DNA of 64,000 nucleotides, taken from positions 1,539 to 65,538 of the forward strand of contig JBMNMW010000004.1 of the NCBI GenBank assembly GCA_050953525.1, read 5' to 3'. Below, piece after piece: positions 37,974 through 48,398 of this stretch. A program made the translations under genes and the position numbers. The notes beneath the pieces are model-generated. The model did no database searches. It was not told the DNA's origin and saw only the letters and a list, made by a program, of their open reading frames with translations. The stretch's first letter is position 1. The number at the start of each line of letters is the position of its first letter. Origin of the DNA: Candidatus Brevefilum sp. (GTDB taxonomy: Bacteria; Chloroflexota; Anaerolineae; Anaerolineales; Anaerolineaceae).

Positions 37974-40010
37974 TCAGACATCTCGCCAGGGTTGGATGAC
38001 GCGAGGCGGGAAGGCAAGAGAAAAATTGGGGATGGTCAGGGACAGGTTGAGATTGTACGTGGGATCATCGGCAATATACGCCGGCCATGTGTTGATGAGA
38101 TAATCTGCCTCCTCCTTCACCCGTGCAATTTTTTCGGGGGTGTCCTCATAAGCACGTGACATGGATTCGTGATGATAAAGCTCTGCGTGCGGCGTCCACA
38201 GATTGCGGTATCCCGCTTCCATCAAGCGAATGCAGAGATCGATATCATTGTAGGCTACCGGTAAATCATGTTCGTTAAAACCTTTGATTTTTAGAAATTT
38301 TTCTTTTTGAATAGCCATGCACGCACCGGTTACTGCTGAATAATTTTGCGCCAGACGCACACGCCCCCGTTGCCCGAGCGTACCTCGTGGGCTTCCATAA
38401 TAAATATGTCCTGCAATCCCCCGCATGCCCAGAATAACACCGGCGTGCTGGATGGTGTCGTTGGGGTAATACAGCATTGCACCCACAGCGCCAATTTCCG
38501 GTCTGAGGGCGTGCCCGATCAGTTCGTCCAACCAATCTGGAGAGATCACCTCGGTATCGTTGTTCAAAAGCACGAAGACTTCTCCACCCGCTTCACTTGC
38601 CGCAAAATTGTTGATGGCGGAGTAATTGAAGGGCAGGTCATAAGGGATGATTTTTATATTTTCGACTTTTCGAATCTCCGAAAAATAGGCAAGAGTCTCT
38701 TCATCATCCGATTGGTTATCGACCACAATCATTTCGTAATGTGAGTAGCGACTTAACTTCTGGATGCTGTCGATGCATCTTTTTAGGAGGGGCGCCTGAT
38801 TTCTGGTAGGGATGACGATGCTCACCAGGGGCTTGGGATCGGGAATGAGATGTCTGATCTTCCAGAACTCTCCATCGATTTCCGTAATGTCTATACGACG
38901 ATCTGTTCGATTAAAATGCTCCTGCAACACCATAAATTGCGCTTTTTTCGCATAGCCCTTGTAAGCCAGGGATAGGGCGGTTGATCCAATCACGGCGCGC
39001 CAGTGGTAAAGGATAAAGGGAATGTGGCGGATTGCCGAAGGGGGGATATGCTCACTGATCCGCATGGCAAGGTCCCAATCCTGTGCGCCTTCGTAACCCT
39101 CCCTAAACCCTCCGGCCTGGACGACTTTGTCACGTCGATAGACTCCAAAATGGGTGATCAGGTTGTGCCCGTAAAACAAATCAGGATTCCAGGCGGGTTT
39201 GAAGTAAGGGTCATAACGCACGCCGAATTCATCAATCAGGTCTTCGTCGCTGTAGATGATGATTGCATCTGGATGTTGATTGATTTCATGGGCCACCATG
39301 TACAGTGCATGCTCTCTGAGGATATCATCATGATCGAGCAAACCAACGTATTCACCGGCTGCCATGCTGAGCGCCGTGTTGGAGGCTGCTGAGATGTGTC
39401 CGTTTGTTTCTCGAAACGCAACCTTGAATCGACTATCTTTTTCGATAAATTCGTGTAGTATTGCGCGAATGTGAGGCTCGGTGGAAGCGTCATCGGCAAT
39501 ACAGCATTCCCAATTGGGGTAATTTTGCGCCAGAACTGACTCGAGCGCTTCCCGCAGAAATTGCTCTGGCGTGTTGTAAACAGGCATGATGATTGAGATC
39601 AGCGGCGTGTGTGCAAAGGTCTCCATATGGGAGCGCATCAAGATGCGATCCTCCGCGATAAGCGTATCGTATTGCTCAATCCAGCTGTAGTAGGTGAAAG
39701 GATCTGTGGATTGCGAACGGTTGGCTGGGCGGTCCTCTGCCATCCCAAACTGGATATAGTGCAGCAGGGGATTGATCCTGCTCAATCGGATGTCCTTATT
39801 CTCACGGAGGTAATAGGCTGTGTCAAAAACGGGGGAGGGATTTTTCCCCTCATGCCAACCGTGTTTTATGTAGTGCATGATAGGAGGAAGCTTTTGCTGC
39901 TTAATTTCAGGATAGGTTTGGAGATAATATGACTCGTCAAACAACCCGCTTTTTTTAATGCGGTAATATTCTTTTAAGGTTTTTATCTGACTGAACAAAT
40001 TGCGTTTCAT
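37974..40010 (-). CDS. Two-domain GT2 glycosyltransferase with N-terminal FD..YY...YP../HY...G..EG..P repeat module
   Basis: GLLDHDD in domain 1, VLLNNDT in domain 2, PFNYSAINN, AVTGAC, YNDIDLC, LYHHES. Confidence 0.9.
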   Translation of the reverse strand: MKRNLFSQIKTLKEYYRIKKSGLFDESYYLQTYPEIKQQKLPPIMHYIKHGWHEGKNPSPVFDTAYYLRENKDIRLSRINPLLHYIQFGMAEDRPANRSQSTDPFTYYSWIEQYDTLIAEDRILMRSHMETFAHTPLISIIMPVYNTPEQFLREALESVLAQNYPNWECCIADDASTEPHIRAILHEFIEKDSRFKVAFRETNGHISAASNTALSMAAGEYVGLLDHDDILREHALYMVAHEINQHPDAIIIYSDEDLIDEFGVRYDPYFKPAWNPDLFYGHNLITHFGVYRRDKVVQAGGFREGYEGAQDWDLAMRISEHIPPSAIRHIPFILYHWRAVIGSTALSLAYKGYAKKAQFMVLQEHFNRTDRRIDITEIDGEFWKIRHLIPDPKPLVSIVIPTRNQAPLLKRCIDSIQKLSRYSHYEMIVVDNQSDDEETLAYFSEIRKVENIKIIPYDLPFNYSAINNFAASEAGGEVFVLLNNDTEVISPDWLDELIGHALRPEIGAVGAMLYYPNDTIQHAGVILGMRGIAGHIYYGSPRGTLGQRGRVRLAQNYSAVTGACMAIQKEKFLKIKGFNEHDLPVAYNDIDLCIRLMEAGYRNLWTPHAELYHHESMSRAYEDTPEKIARVKEEADYLINTWPAYIADDPTYNLNLSLTIPNFSLAFPPRVIQPWRDV

Positions 40011-40277
40011 AGATCGTGTATTTGCATCAAAGACGGTAACATATAAAAATTGAAAAAACAGATCATTTGATTTATTATATCTGAAAGATGAAAAGGAAAG
40101 AGTAGTTCGATCAATTGCCGATGACCGAAAAATTGTTGATCTGTGGGATGGAGAAAAAACAGTATATTACAGAAACTACTTTCCGGGAAATCTAAGTCTC
40201 TGTTTGACTTTTTTGACTGATTTGAGTTTTTACGATGCAAAACATATTAATCAATAATAGCAAGGAATACATATCCA

Positions 40278-41291
40278 ATGAAGGCAACGATTTATCTTCA
40301 TATCGGTCCGCATAAAACGGGCACTACGACGATCCAGAAAGGATTGTTGCTCAATGAGGACACCTTGAGGAACAAAGGCGTTTTAGTCCCCAGGGCTGGT
40401 CGTTCGATGACCGAAACGGCTGGTCATCATAACCTTGCCTGGGAGCTTCTGGGCAATTCAAGATTTAATCCTGCCTATGGTACATGGGAGGGGCTGGTTA
40501 GGGAGATTGATAAAAATAGCGGGATCCAAAAAGTGATCCTTTCAGCGGAAGGTTTTTGTTTGTTAGGTGATCAAGAAATCGGCAGAATTAAGGAAGCATT
40601 AAAGGAATTTCCTGTTCAAATTGTGATGTATTTACGTGACCAAGATGAAGCGCTGCAATCTTCCTGGGTATCGCAGGTTCGGAATGCTTTTGTGATGCCC
40701 CCTGTCGGCTCGTTTCGCGAATGGCTGAAAGGAAATAATTACAAATCAAAGAATACAGATTATTTTGCCATGATCAAGCGTTGGGAAAACATATTTTCAA
40801 AAGAGGCTTTGATTTTATCGGGTTTCTCGCAAAGATTTACGGGAGATAACTTATTTGAACATTTTCTTTTGCAGTGCGGGGTCAGCTGGAATCAGATGAC
40901 AGTACCTGAAAATTTGAATTTATCGCCGGGAGCGAAAACGATTGAAGCGATGCGGTTGCTAAAAAATTCAATCAGATTTTCCGAAATGGACAGCCAATCT
41001 TGGGGTTTGATAGCGAAAAGTATCATGTCCTACGGGGATCAAATGGGTTGGAATCAGTGCAAATTGAATTACCTTGATCGCAAACTATCAAGGAAAATCA
41101 TGAAGCACCACCAACAATCAAACGCGGAGATAGAAAGAGAGTATTTTCAGAACCAGGTTGTATTTGAGAGTAAAAGGCGAGAGCAAGCGCGGGTTGATAA
41201 ATTCACCTATGATCAGTTTTCAAAACAGGAAACCGTGGACTTACTCTCCTTCATCCTTTATCAATTTGAGCAGGCGTACAGAAATCAGTAA
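40278..41291 (+). CDS. Sulfotransferase-like P-loop protein (HIGxHKTGTT family)
   Basis: YLHIGPHKTGTTTIQ, ILSAE, IVMYLR.Q. Function is inferred at family level only. Confidence 0.6.
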   Translation: MKATIYLHIGPHKTGTTTIQKGLLLNEDTLRNKGVLVPRAGRSMTETAGHHNLAWELLGNSRFNPAYGTWEGLVREIDKNSGIQKVILSAEGFCLLGDQEIGRIKEALKEFPVQIVMYLRDQDEALQSSWVSQVRNAFVMPPVGSFREWLKGNNYKSKNTDYFAMIKRWENIFSKEALILSGFSQRFTGDNLFEHFLLQCGVSWNQMTVPENLNLSPGAKTIEAMRLLKNSIRFSEMDSQSWGLIAKSIMSYGDQMGWNQCKLNYLDRKLSRKIMKHHQQSNAEIEREYFQNQVVFESKRREQARVDKFTYDQFSKQETVDLLSFILYQFEQAYRNQ

Positions 41292-41319
41292 AGAAAAAGA
41301 TAAAAAGTTGGAAAAAGCA

Positions 41320-42720
41320 TCAACCCTGATCTTTTTCGATGTGATCAAGGCGATCCCTGTTCTTCAGTGTTAACTGATAAATCTCATCCAGCATTTTCAC
41401 CATCATGGGCACCGCTTTTTCAAGCACCAAGCCCGGATAAGGTTCCCAGGGCATATCAGGATCAGGCAAAGGGTCATAAAAGATACGCCCGTCTTCCCGA
41501 TTCATGAATTTATGGGCAATTTGCTTTTCATAGGGCATGTTTTCTTGTATAAGCGTCAATTTCTGCCGGGGAGACAGCAAGGCGTAATCCTCGAAGGGTT
41601 TTTTCTGGAACTTCTCACCAAGCAAGTTGTAGAACAGATCGAAAACATGATTATCGTGGGTGCCGGTAAACAAATCTTTGCAATGGTAAATCATTTCCAA
41701 CACATCCCGGTTAAAACCCTGATTTAAAGCAAGGTTGGTCGGTTCAATCGGATCCCATTCAACGTCCTGATAATTTATGTTTACAATTGAAAGAAAATCC
41801 TGCAACAACCCCCCGGGCAATTGACCCTTTTCATAGGGTCGTACGATGATGTTCTCATTGCTGATAATTTCTTCCCACTGTTCCAGGTGTTTCAAAATTT
41901 TTCTGTAACGATCTTTGATCACCGAAGATTGAGTATATTCGTCAACACTTTCAAAATTCTTCAACCCCCATTGTTTCCAGGCTGATTCAAGCCATGAATC
42001 GACTCTTCTTAAATAGCTGATGGTCACCAACCGAAAATCTTTGCAAATATCAGCAATCTGTTTAAGAAGTTCAACATCCTTCTCCTGCATGAACCAGGCT
42101 TCATTGCTCAAAATGATCTTTTCAACGTTGTTATAGCGTGCAAAATTTGCCAGAGATTGAATGTCATTTCTAAACTTTTGGGGATTTTTCTCAACTTCTT
42201 GATACCACGGGGCGTGGTTGTGACATCTGCCATCAAGAAAATCTTCCATAGCAAAATTGGGGTAAAGGCAGTTTTGCTCAGTGAATAATTTCGTCCTGTT
42301 CACATCCAGGAAGTTTTGAATCAGTGATGTGCCTGTTTTTGAGTCGCCCGTATGCAGATAAAATGTGATTGTCCCTGGATCAACACTTACGGAGATGTCG
42401 GAATGGGCAGGAAATTTATTTTCGCTCAACGCCTCTTTATAATTTTGAGCATCGTTACTTTGTCCAGTTTTCTTGTTTTCCTGAAGAAAATGAATGAGGG
42501 GGTTCACGGAATCTTTGTCAATTTCAGAATGCTTAATGAAATATACCCTTGTATTGAATTGCTCAGAAGGATTTCTCCCTTCTTTCCATCCTAAACGAAC
42601 AAAATGCCACAGCGGATTTATGTCCGCTTTACGAACATCAGGATATCTAGCCAGATAATAATCTCGATCAAAAAGATCGCTTCTGGCAATTGTAATGAAT
42701 TCAATGATTGATTTAAACAT
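41320..42720 (-). CDS. Repeat module plus sulfotransferase-like P-loop protein
   Basis: N-terminal FDRDYYLARYPDV...NPLWHF...GWKEGRNP, then YLHTGDSKTGTSLIQ, IILSNE, YLRR.D.WLESAW.Q. Confidence 0.6.
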   Translation of the reverse strand: MFKSIIEFITIARSDLFDRDYYLARYPDVRKADINPLWHFVRLGWKEGRNPSEQFNTRVYFIKHSEIDKDSVNPLIHFLQENKKTGQSNDAQNYKEALSENKFPAHSDISVSVDPGTITFYLHTGDSKTGTSLIQNFLDVNRTKLFTEQNCLYPNFAMEDFLDGRCHNHAPWYQEVEKNPQKFRNDIQSLANFARYNNVEKIILSNEAWFMQEKDVELLKQIADICKDFRLVTISYLRRVDSWLESAWKQWGLKNFESVDEYTQSSVIKDRYRKILKHLEQWEEIISNENIIVRPYEKGQLPGGLLQDFLSIVNINYQDVEWDPIEPTNLALNQGFNRDVLEMIYHCKDLFTGTHDNHVFDLFYNLLGEKFQKKPFEDYALLSPRQKLTLIQENMPYEKQIAHKFMNREDGRIFYDPLPDPDMPWEPYPGLVLEKAVPMMVKMLDEIYQLTLKNRDRLDHIEKDQG

Positions 42721-42744
42721 CGTTTTTCTTTCTAAAAAGATTCA

Positions 42745-43911
42745 TTATTTTCGAAAAGGCCTGGTTAATCGCCAACTTTTACTTAAAGTATATGATAATA
42801 CTTCTTGCTGTAAATCTGCAATAACTTGATGGTGGGTCATTGAATCATAAGGATCAGACAATTTTCCTGACAGCTGCTCTTCCAGCCTGATTTGATATGT
42901 CAATCTCTCTAAAAAATCTTGATGATGCCTTTTTGTCAGGGCGTAGTCTTTGCAAATTTTAGACAGGTCAATTTTTTCCTGCTTTGAAAGCAACCCAAGC
43001 AGATTTTCGATGTTCTTTTCAAGCATAAAATGCTTCTCTGCGTGTTGATAAAGAAAAGTCAGATTCGATTGAGCTTTTGGATACAGTTCGGAAATCTCTT
43101 TAAAAAGCTCGGTTCCTGATAATTTGCGACCAATTGCCCTGCCTGAAAAATTGTAATACTGCGATGTTTCGATATTATCTTGCGTAATAAAACCCGGCCC
43201 ACCGAAATGATCATAACAATAGACCGGTATTTTCAGTGCAAAACAATACTGAACGGTCTTCCCAATTGAAATAATCAGATCATAGTTTTTTAGAAGCGCT
43301 GGCGTTACCAAAACCTGCTGTCCTTCAAAACCAATAAAATCCACCAGATATCCATTTTTGGTTGCGATTTTAGAAAAATCACGCAGCTCTTCTGGTGGAT
43401 GGTTTGAAACCACGCCAATCTTTCTAAGAATTGTCGATGGTTGTGTCCTGTGCTGTGAAAAGAATTCTTCTGGCGCAAAGTTTGGGAAATAATGAACCTT
43501 GTTGCCAGCAACCCCTTCTTCGAGAAGGACGGAGGTGTTGCCCTCGCTATTCGAAAGGATGTAATTCAATTCATTATGGTAGTAAGGTGGAACTGACAGT
43601 GGAGAAAAAGGTCCCAGACAACTGTAAATAATATGGGCTTGTTGAGGTTCGAAGCCGAAGATTAAATGATTGATGGTATGGATATGGTGCGCCCAGAAAA
43701 GATCATATTTATCCAATTCGAGGTCATTGTCGAGCAGGTTGTAAACTCTTATGCCATTGTCTTCGAAAAAATGTCTCAGGGGCTGATCAAAAAAGAAGGT
43801 CGCTACATCTGCGCTGATTCCCAAATTTCTTAAAGCCATACAAAGCTGCAAAGCGTTAATTTCCGAGCCCGTGAAATTCTTGATAAAATAGTTGGTTATT
43901 AAGACATTCAT
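42745..43911 (-). CDS. Putative GT-B glycosyltransferase with C-terminal coiled coil and S.SWRLT.P.R amphipathic motif
   Basis: GT4-like N-terminus (VLITN....FTGSE...L.L), IGKTVQY.FAL..PV; tail LQQEVLSYTLSKSWRLTRPFRK. Confidence 0.55.
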   Translation of the reverse strand: MNVLITNYFIKNFTGSEINALQLCMALRNLGISADVATFFFDQPLRHFFEDNGIRVYNLLDNDLELDKYDLFWAHHIHTINHLIFGFEPQQAHIIYSCLGPFSPLSVPPYYHNELNYILSNSEGNTSVLLEEGVAGNKVHYFPNFAPEEFFSQHRTQPSTILRKIGVVSNHPPEELRDFSKIATKNGYLVDFIGFEGQQVLVTPALLKNYDLIISIGKTVQYCFALKIPVYCYDHFGGPGFITQDNIETSQYYNFSGRAIGRKLSGTELFKEISELYPKAQSNLTFLYQHAEKHFMLEKNIENLLGLLSKQEKIDLSKICKDYALTKRHHQDFLERLTYQIRLEEQLSGKLSDPYDSMTHHQVIADLQQEVLSYTLSKSWRLTRPFRK

Positions 43912-44040
43912 TCAGATTGGGAAAACTCTATTTCATAATAGGATGATATTCGAATTCTTTATTAATAGCGGTTATTGTGTTGCTGACACACTTTTGACAA
44001 AATCGTCAATTTAAATTAACAAATTCGATCCATCGCTTAC

Positions 44041-44916
44041 TTATTCCATGGACAAGCGCAGGGCAACATCCCATGGAGGGGTTGGGATGCTGAATGTGTC
44101 CTGAAATTTTTTACAGGACAGGATGGAGTGCAGTGGCCTGGTTGCCGGCGCAGGGAATTCGATTGTTTTTGCTGGCTGAAGCGATTTAACGATCTGGGTT
44201 TCCTTATCCGGATCCAGCTGAAGGATCATTTTCGCCCATTCGAACCGACTGCAAGAACCCTGATCGGTCAGATGATAGAGGCCAGCCCTTTCAGCAATAT
44301 ATCCGACGGCATTGCCGCGTCCTTGCGCGATCACCTGTGCGGTGATCTCAGCCAGGTCTCGCGCCCAGGTCGGTGTACTGATCTGGTCATCAACAACGCG
44401 CAGGGTCTCATATTGCCTTGCCCATTGCAGGACCTTGGTCACAAAAGATTGCCTGCGAAGGGAATACACCCAGCTGGTGCGGAAAATTAAATATGCGCCG
44501 CCGATTGCCTCGACAGATTTCTCGCCAGCCAGCTTGCTTTCACCATAAACACCGAGCGGATTGGGCTGATCTTCTTCCAGATAGGGTTCAGTTGCTGTGC
44601 CATCAAAGACATAATCGGTGGAAAAATGGATTAAGCCAGCGTTCAATCTGAGGGCTTCCTCCGCAAGGACACCGGGTCCTGTGTCATTAATCGCCATCGC
44701 TAATTCATTTAAGCTTTCAGATTTATCAACATCCGTATAGGCGGTCGCATTAATAATTAAATCAGGGCGGTGTTCTCTGACGATTGACCGAATTTGATCC
44801 GGATTGGACATGTCGATTTGGGGGTAATCCATAGCGACAAGATCTCCAAGCGGGAGCAGCGTCCGATTCAGTTCCCAACCAACCTGTCCAGTTGTGCCAA
44901 GCAGTAATGTTTTCAT
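44041..44916 (-). CDS. rfbD: dTDP-4-dehydrorhamnose reductase
   Basis: GTTGQVGWEL, NATAYTDVD, STDYVFDG, YGESKLAGE, VVDDQISTPT. Confidence 0.95.
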   Translation of the reverse strand: MKTLLLGTTGQVGWELNRTLLPLGDLVAMDYPQIDMSNPDQIRSIVREHRPDLIINATAYTDVDKSESLNELAMAINDTGPGVLAEEALRLNAGLIHFSTDYVFDGTATEPYLEEDQPNPLGVYGESKLAGEKSVEAIGGAYLIFRTSWVYSLRRQSFVTKVLQWARQYETLRVVDDQISTPTWARDLAEITAQVIAQGRGNAVGYIAERAGLYHLTDQGSCSRFEWAKMILQLDPDKETQIVKSLQPAKTIEFPAPATRPLHSILSCKKFQDTFSIPTPPWDVALRLSME

Positions 44917-45021
44917 ATTTTTGTTGTACCATGCTACAAATTAATAAATTTAAAAAGCATTCGAGACCGACAAACGACTCATCGAGTGCAAAGAGTTCGT
45001 TAAAACATATTTTTAATGAGG

Positions 45022-45897
45022 CTATTGGATCTTCCCCTCAGCTAAGCTGAGAAGATACTCTCCATATTGATTTCCGTTGAAGGTTTTTGCCAGTTCTTTT
45101 AACTGTTCCCTGTTGATAAAACCCATGCGATAGGCGATCTCTTCCGGACAGGAGATCATCATACCCTGCCGGTCTTCAATTGCCTGGACAAAATTTGAGG
45201 CTTGCAGCAGTGAATGATGCGTGCCGGCATCCAACCAGGCGACTCCTCGCCCAAGAACTTCTACTCGCAGTTCGCCCTTTTCTAAATAAATTCTATTGAG
45301 ATCAGTGATCTCAATTTCACCTCTTGCTGAGGGTTTAAGGTTTTTTGCGAACTCAACCACGCGGTTGTCATAAAAATAGATGCCCGGAACAGCATAATTT
45401 GAGCGCGGTTTCAAGGGTTTTTCCTCAAGGCTAAGTGCATTCCCCTGTTTATCAAATTCGACAACCCCATACCGCTCTGGATCATGGACCGGATAAGCAA
45501 AGATAGTTGCGCCCTGGGTCAGGCTTGCTGCTTGCCGTAAGGTTGCAGGCATACCCTGTCCATAAAAGATATTATCGCCAAGGATAAGCGCTGCAGGTTG
45601 GTCTTGAATAAAATCCTCGCCCACGATAAAGGCATCTGCCAGACCTCGCGGGCTTGCCTGGGTCGTAAATGATAAATCCAACCCCCATTGTTTACCGTCC
45701 TGTAACAATCTTTTGTACTGGTCCGAATCCTCCGGGGTTGTGATGATCAGAATTTCCCGAATGCCAGCCAGCATTAACATGGACAGGGGGTAGAAGATCA
45801 TCGGTTTATCGTAAACGGGCAAAAGCTGTTTGCTGATCCCCATGGTGAGTGGATAAAGGCGGGTTCCTTTGCCGCCAGCAAGAATCAATCCTTTCAT
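45022..45897 (-). CDS. rfbA: Glucose-1-phosphate thymidylyltransferase
   Basis: [56 protein letters not shown]. The start overlaps the rmlB stop (ATGA). Confidence 0.95.
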   Translation of the reverse strand: MKGLILAGGKGTRLYPLTMGISKQLLPVYDKPMIFYPLSMLMLAGIREILIITTPEDSDQYKRLLQDGKQWGLDLSFTTQASPRGLADAFIVGEDFIQDQPAALILGDNIFYGQGMPATLRQAASLTQGATIFAYPVHDPERYGVVEFDKQGNALSLEEKPLKPRSNYAVPGIYFYDNRVVEFAKNLKPSARGEIEITDLNRIYLEKGELRVEVLGRGVAWLDAGTHHSLLQASNFVQAIEDRQGMMISCPEEIAYRMGFINREQLKELAKTFNGNQYGEYLLSLAEGKIQ

Positions 45898-46979
45898 GTT
45901 GTTCCTCTCTGTTGATAATTGAGTTGAACCCATTGCTGGTAATCTTTTTCTTTCAGGAGGGCATCCATCCAGTCCATATTGGCAAGATACCAATCAACCG
46001 TATCCCTGAGCCCTGATTGAAGGTCATGTTTAGGCTGCCAGTTCAAAGTTTTACGAATCTTTTCGATGTTCATCGCATATCGTCGGTCGTGGCCAGGTCG
46101 GTCCTTAACGTATGTGATTAATTGTTCGTGAGGCGCAAACCCATTGGGCAAATCCTTTTCGTCCAGCAGTTGACAAATGGTCTTAACTATTTCGATATTC
46201 GGCGGTTGATTATCACCACCAATGTTATAGCATTCCCCTTCTTCGCCCTTTTCAATGATCGTCCAGATGGCTTCACAATGGTCCTCCACATACAGCCAAT
46301 CACGGATTTGCATCCCATCGCCATAAATAGGAAGTGGTTTACCATTGAGTGCGTTGAGGATGATTAACGGAATCAATTTTTCGGGAAATTGATAAGGGCC
46401 ATAATTGTTTGAACAATTGGATATTGTGATCGGCAGCCCGAATGAATGGTCGTAGGAGCGCACCAGATGGTCGCTGCTAGCTTTTGAGGCTGAATAAGGG
46501 GATGTGGGTGCATAAGGGGTGGTTTCTTCAAATGCCGGGTCATCAGGCTCCAATGTGCCGTAGACCTCGTCGGTAGATATATGATGGAAGCGAACCTGAT
46601 CACCAGTGAAATGATTTTCATTCAGCCAAACTTTGCGTGCTGCTTCAAGGAGCGAAAAGGTGCCGACGATGTTGGTTTGGACGAAAGCGGCTGGGCCCAG
46701 CAAGGAGCGGTCCACGTGGGATTCTGCGGCAAAATGAACGATGGTGTCAATTTCTTTTTCACGCAAAAGGCTTTCAACCAGGTTTTGATCGCAGATATCA
46801 CCTTCGATAAATTCGTGATCGTTTGGACGTGGTAAATCCTGCAAATTTTGAAGGCTGCCCGCGTAAGTCAGGATGTCCAGGTTGACAATTTTTGTTTCGG
46901 GAGCGTGAGTTTGAACATAGCGGACAAAATTTGATCCAATAAAACCCGCGCCTCCTGTGACAAGCAATTTACGACTCAT
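45894..46979 (-). CDS. rfbB: dTDP-glucose 4,6-dehydratase
   Basis: [59 protein letters not shown]. Confidence 0.96.
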   Translation of the reverse strand: MSRKLLVTGGAGFIGSNFVRYVQTHAPETKIVNLDILTYAGSLQNLQDLPRPNDHEFIEGDICDQNLVESLLREKEIDTIVHFAAESHVDRSLLGPAAFVQTNIVGTFSLLEAARKVWLNENHFTGDQVRFHHISTDEVYGTLEPDDPAFEETTPYAPTSPYSASKASSDHLVRSYDHSFGLPITISNCSNNYGPYQFPEKLIPLIILNALNGKPLPIYGDGMQIRDWLYVEDHCEAIWTIIEKGEEGECYNIGGDNQPPNIEIVKTICQLLDEKDLPNGFAPHEQLITYVKDRPGHDRRYAMNIEKIRKTLNWQPKHDLQSGLRDTVDWYLANMDWMDALLKEKDYQQWVQLNYQQRGTT

Positions 46980-47524
46980 GAAAAAACCTCCGCATCTCTA
47001 AACAAAGGAGCGCTTGCATCCTTTGGTGAAACAATTGGATTTATCCCTTCAGTCAAAGGCCAATCAATAGCCAGTTCCGGGTCGTCCCAACGGATACAGC
47101 GCTCACTCTGTGGGTCAAAATAATCAGTGGTTTTGTAAACCACATCAGTTTGATCTGAAAGCGCGATAAAACCATGCGCAAAACCTTCTGGGATCCATAG
47201 CTGGTATTTGTTTTTGTCCGAAAGGACAGCGCCGACATATTGACCAAAAAATGGTGAACTCCGGCGCAGGTCAACAGCCACATCATAGATTTCACCGATC
47301 ACAACCCTGACAAGTTTGCCCTGGGTGTGCCGGATTTGATAATGTAAACCGCGAAGTGTGTGTTTACATGATGAAGAGTGGTTATCCTGAATAAAATCAC
47401 ATGGGATGCCGGCATTGGAAAACCTTTCTTTCTGATAGGTTTCCATGAAAAATCCCCGGCTGTCCTCATATAATTTGGGTTTAATAAGAAGGACGTCTGG
47501 GATACTGGTTGTAATAAAATTCAT
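46976..47524 (-). CDS. rfbC: dTDP-4-dehydrorhamnose 3,5-epimerase
   Basis: DSRGFFME, QDNHS, LRGLHYQ, QGKLVRV, VAVDLR..SP.FG, WIPEGFAHGF. The start was placed at Met24 of the track ORF. Confidence 0.95.
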   Translation of the reverse strand: MNFITTSIPDVLLIKPKLYEDSRGFFMETYQKERFSNAGIPCDFIQDNHSSSCKHTLRGLHYQIRHTQGKLVRVVIGEIYDVAVDLRRSSPFFGQYVGAVLSDKNKYQLWIPEGFAHGFIALSDQTDVVYKTTDYFDPQSERCIRWDDPELAIDWPLTEGINPIVSPKDASAPLFRDAEVFS

Positions 47525-47627
47525 AAGGTTCGTTTTGATAGTGAAAAGACGATGAATATTATAACAGAGATAAACAGATTGTGAATGACACATCTGCGAA
47601 GTCCGGACATTATATTGAGTGTGTAAA

Positions 47628-48398
47628 TTATTTGCCTATGAGGGCTGTCTTATAAACGTCACAAACGCTGTTGGCATCGCTCAGCAATTTGATTTCCCCG
47701 CGATCCAACCACATGGCCCGGCTGCAAATTGATCTGATCTGTTCGACGGAATGTGTCACCATAATCACCGTTGCGCCGCCATCCCTGAAGTTTGCCATGC
47801 GGTTGATGCATTTTTGTTGAAAGGCAACGTCGCCAACCGAGAGAACCTCGTCCAAAATAAGAATATCTGGCTTCCAGGCCGTTGCGACGGCAAAACCCAG
47901 TCGGGATTGCATGCCTGATGAATAGGTTCGCAAAGGGGCTTCGATGAACTTGCCGACTTCTGAAAAATCAATAATTTCCTCAACCTTGTTTTCGATTTCA
48001 TCATGGGAATGACCCAGCAAAGTCGCATTTAAAAAGATATTTTCGCGGCCGGTCAATTCTGGGTGAAAGCCTGCGCCAAGCTGAAGCATTGGGCTGATCT
48101 GCCCTTTAACCCACACCCGACCCTCCGAAGGGACCAGAACCCGGGAGATGACCTTTAGCAGGGTAGATTTTCCAGCGCCATTGCGTCCCAATACTCCAAA
48201 AATTTCACCTTTTTTAATTTCGAGGTTAATATTTTTAAGCGCTGAAAACAACGCATGTTTTATCTGACCCTTGATTAATTTTATGACATATTCTTTAAAT
48301 GTTCCAATGTTTTCATTAGGCAAACGATAATGAACAGATACATCTCTCAAAAAGACAGAATTATTGGTTTGGGGTTCATCAACGATCAAATTAGACAT
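47628..48398 (-). CDS. wzt: Polysaccharide ABC transporter ATPase without C-terminal carbohydrate-binding module
   Basis: GRNGAGKST, GAGFHPELTGREN, YSSGM..RLGF, LILDEVLSVGD..FQQKC. About 256 aa, ending right after the NBD. Confidence 0.9.
   Translation of the reverse strand: MSNLIVDEPQTNNSVFLRDVSVHYRLPNENIGTFKEYVIKLIKGQIKHALFSALKNINLEIKKGEIFGVLGRNGAGKSTLLKVISRVLVPSEGRVWVKGQISPMLQLGAGFHPELTGRENIFLNATLLGHSHDEIENKVEEIIDFSEVGKFIEAPLRTYSSGMQSRLGFAVATAWKPDILILDEVLSVGDVAFQQKCINRMANFRDGGATVIMVTHSVEQIRSICSRAMWLDRGEIKLLSDANSVCDVYKTALIGK

Noticed and set aside
40007-40240. 77-aa ORF upstream of the GT2
   Set aside because: It lies in an AT-rich divergent promoter gap and its composition is not protein-like.
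43994-44009. TTGAC-N6-GTCAA inverted repeat
   Set aside because: Only 5-bp arms, each explicable as a -35-like hexamer. The spacing does not match FNR/CRP boxes.
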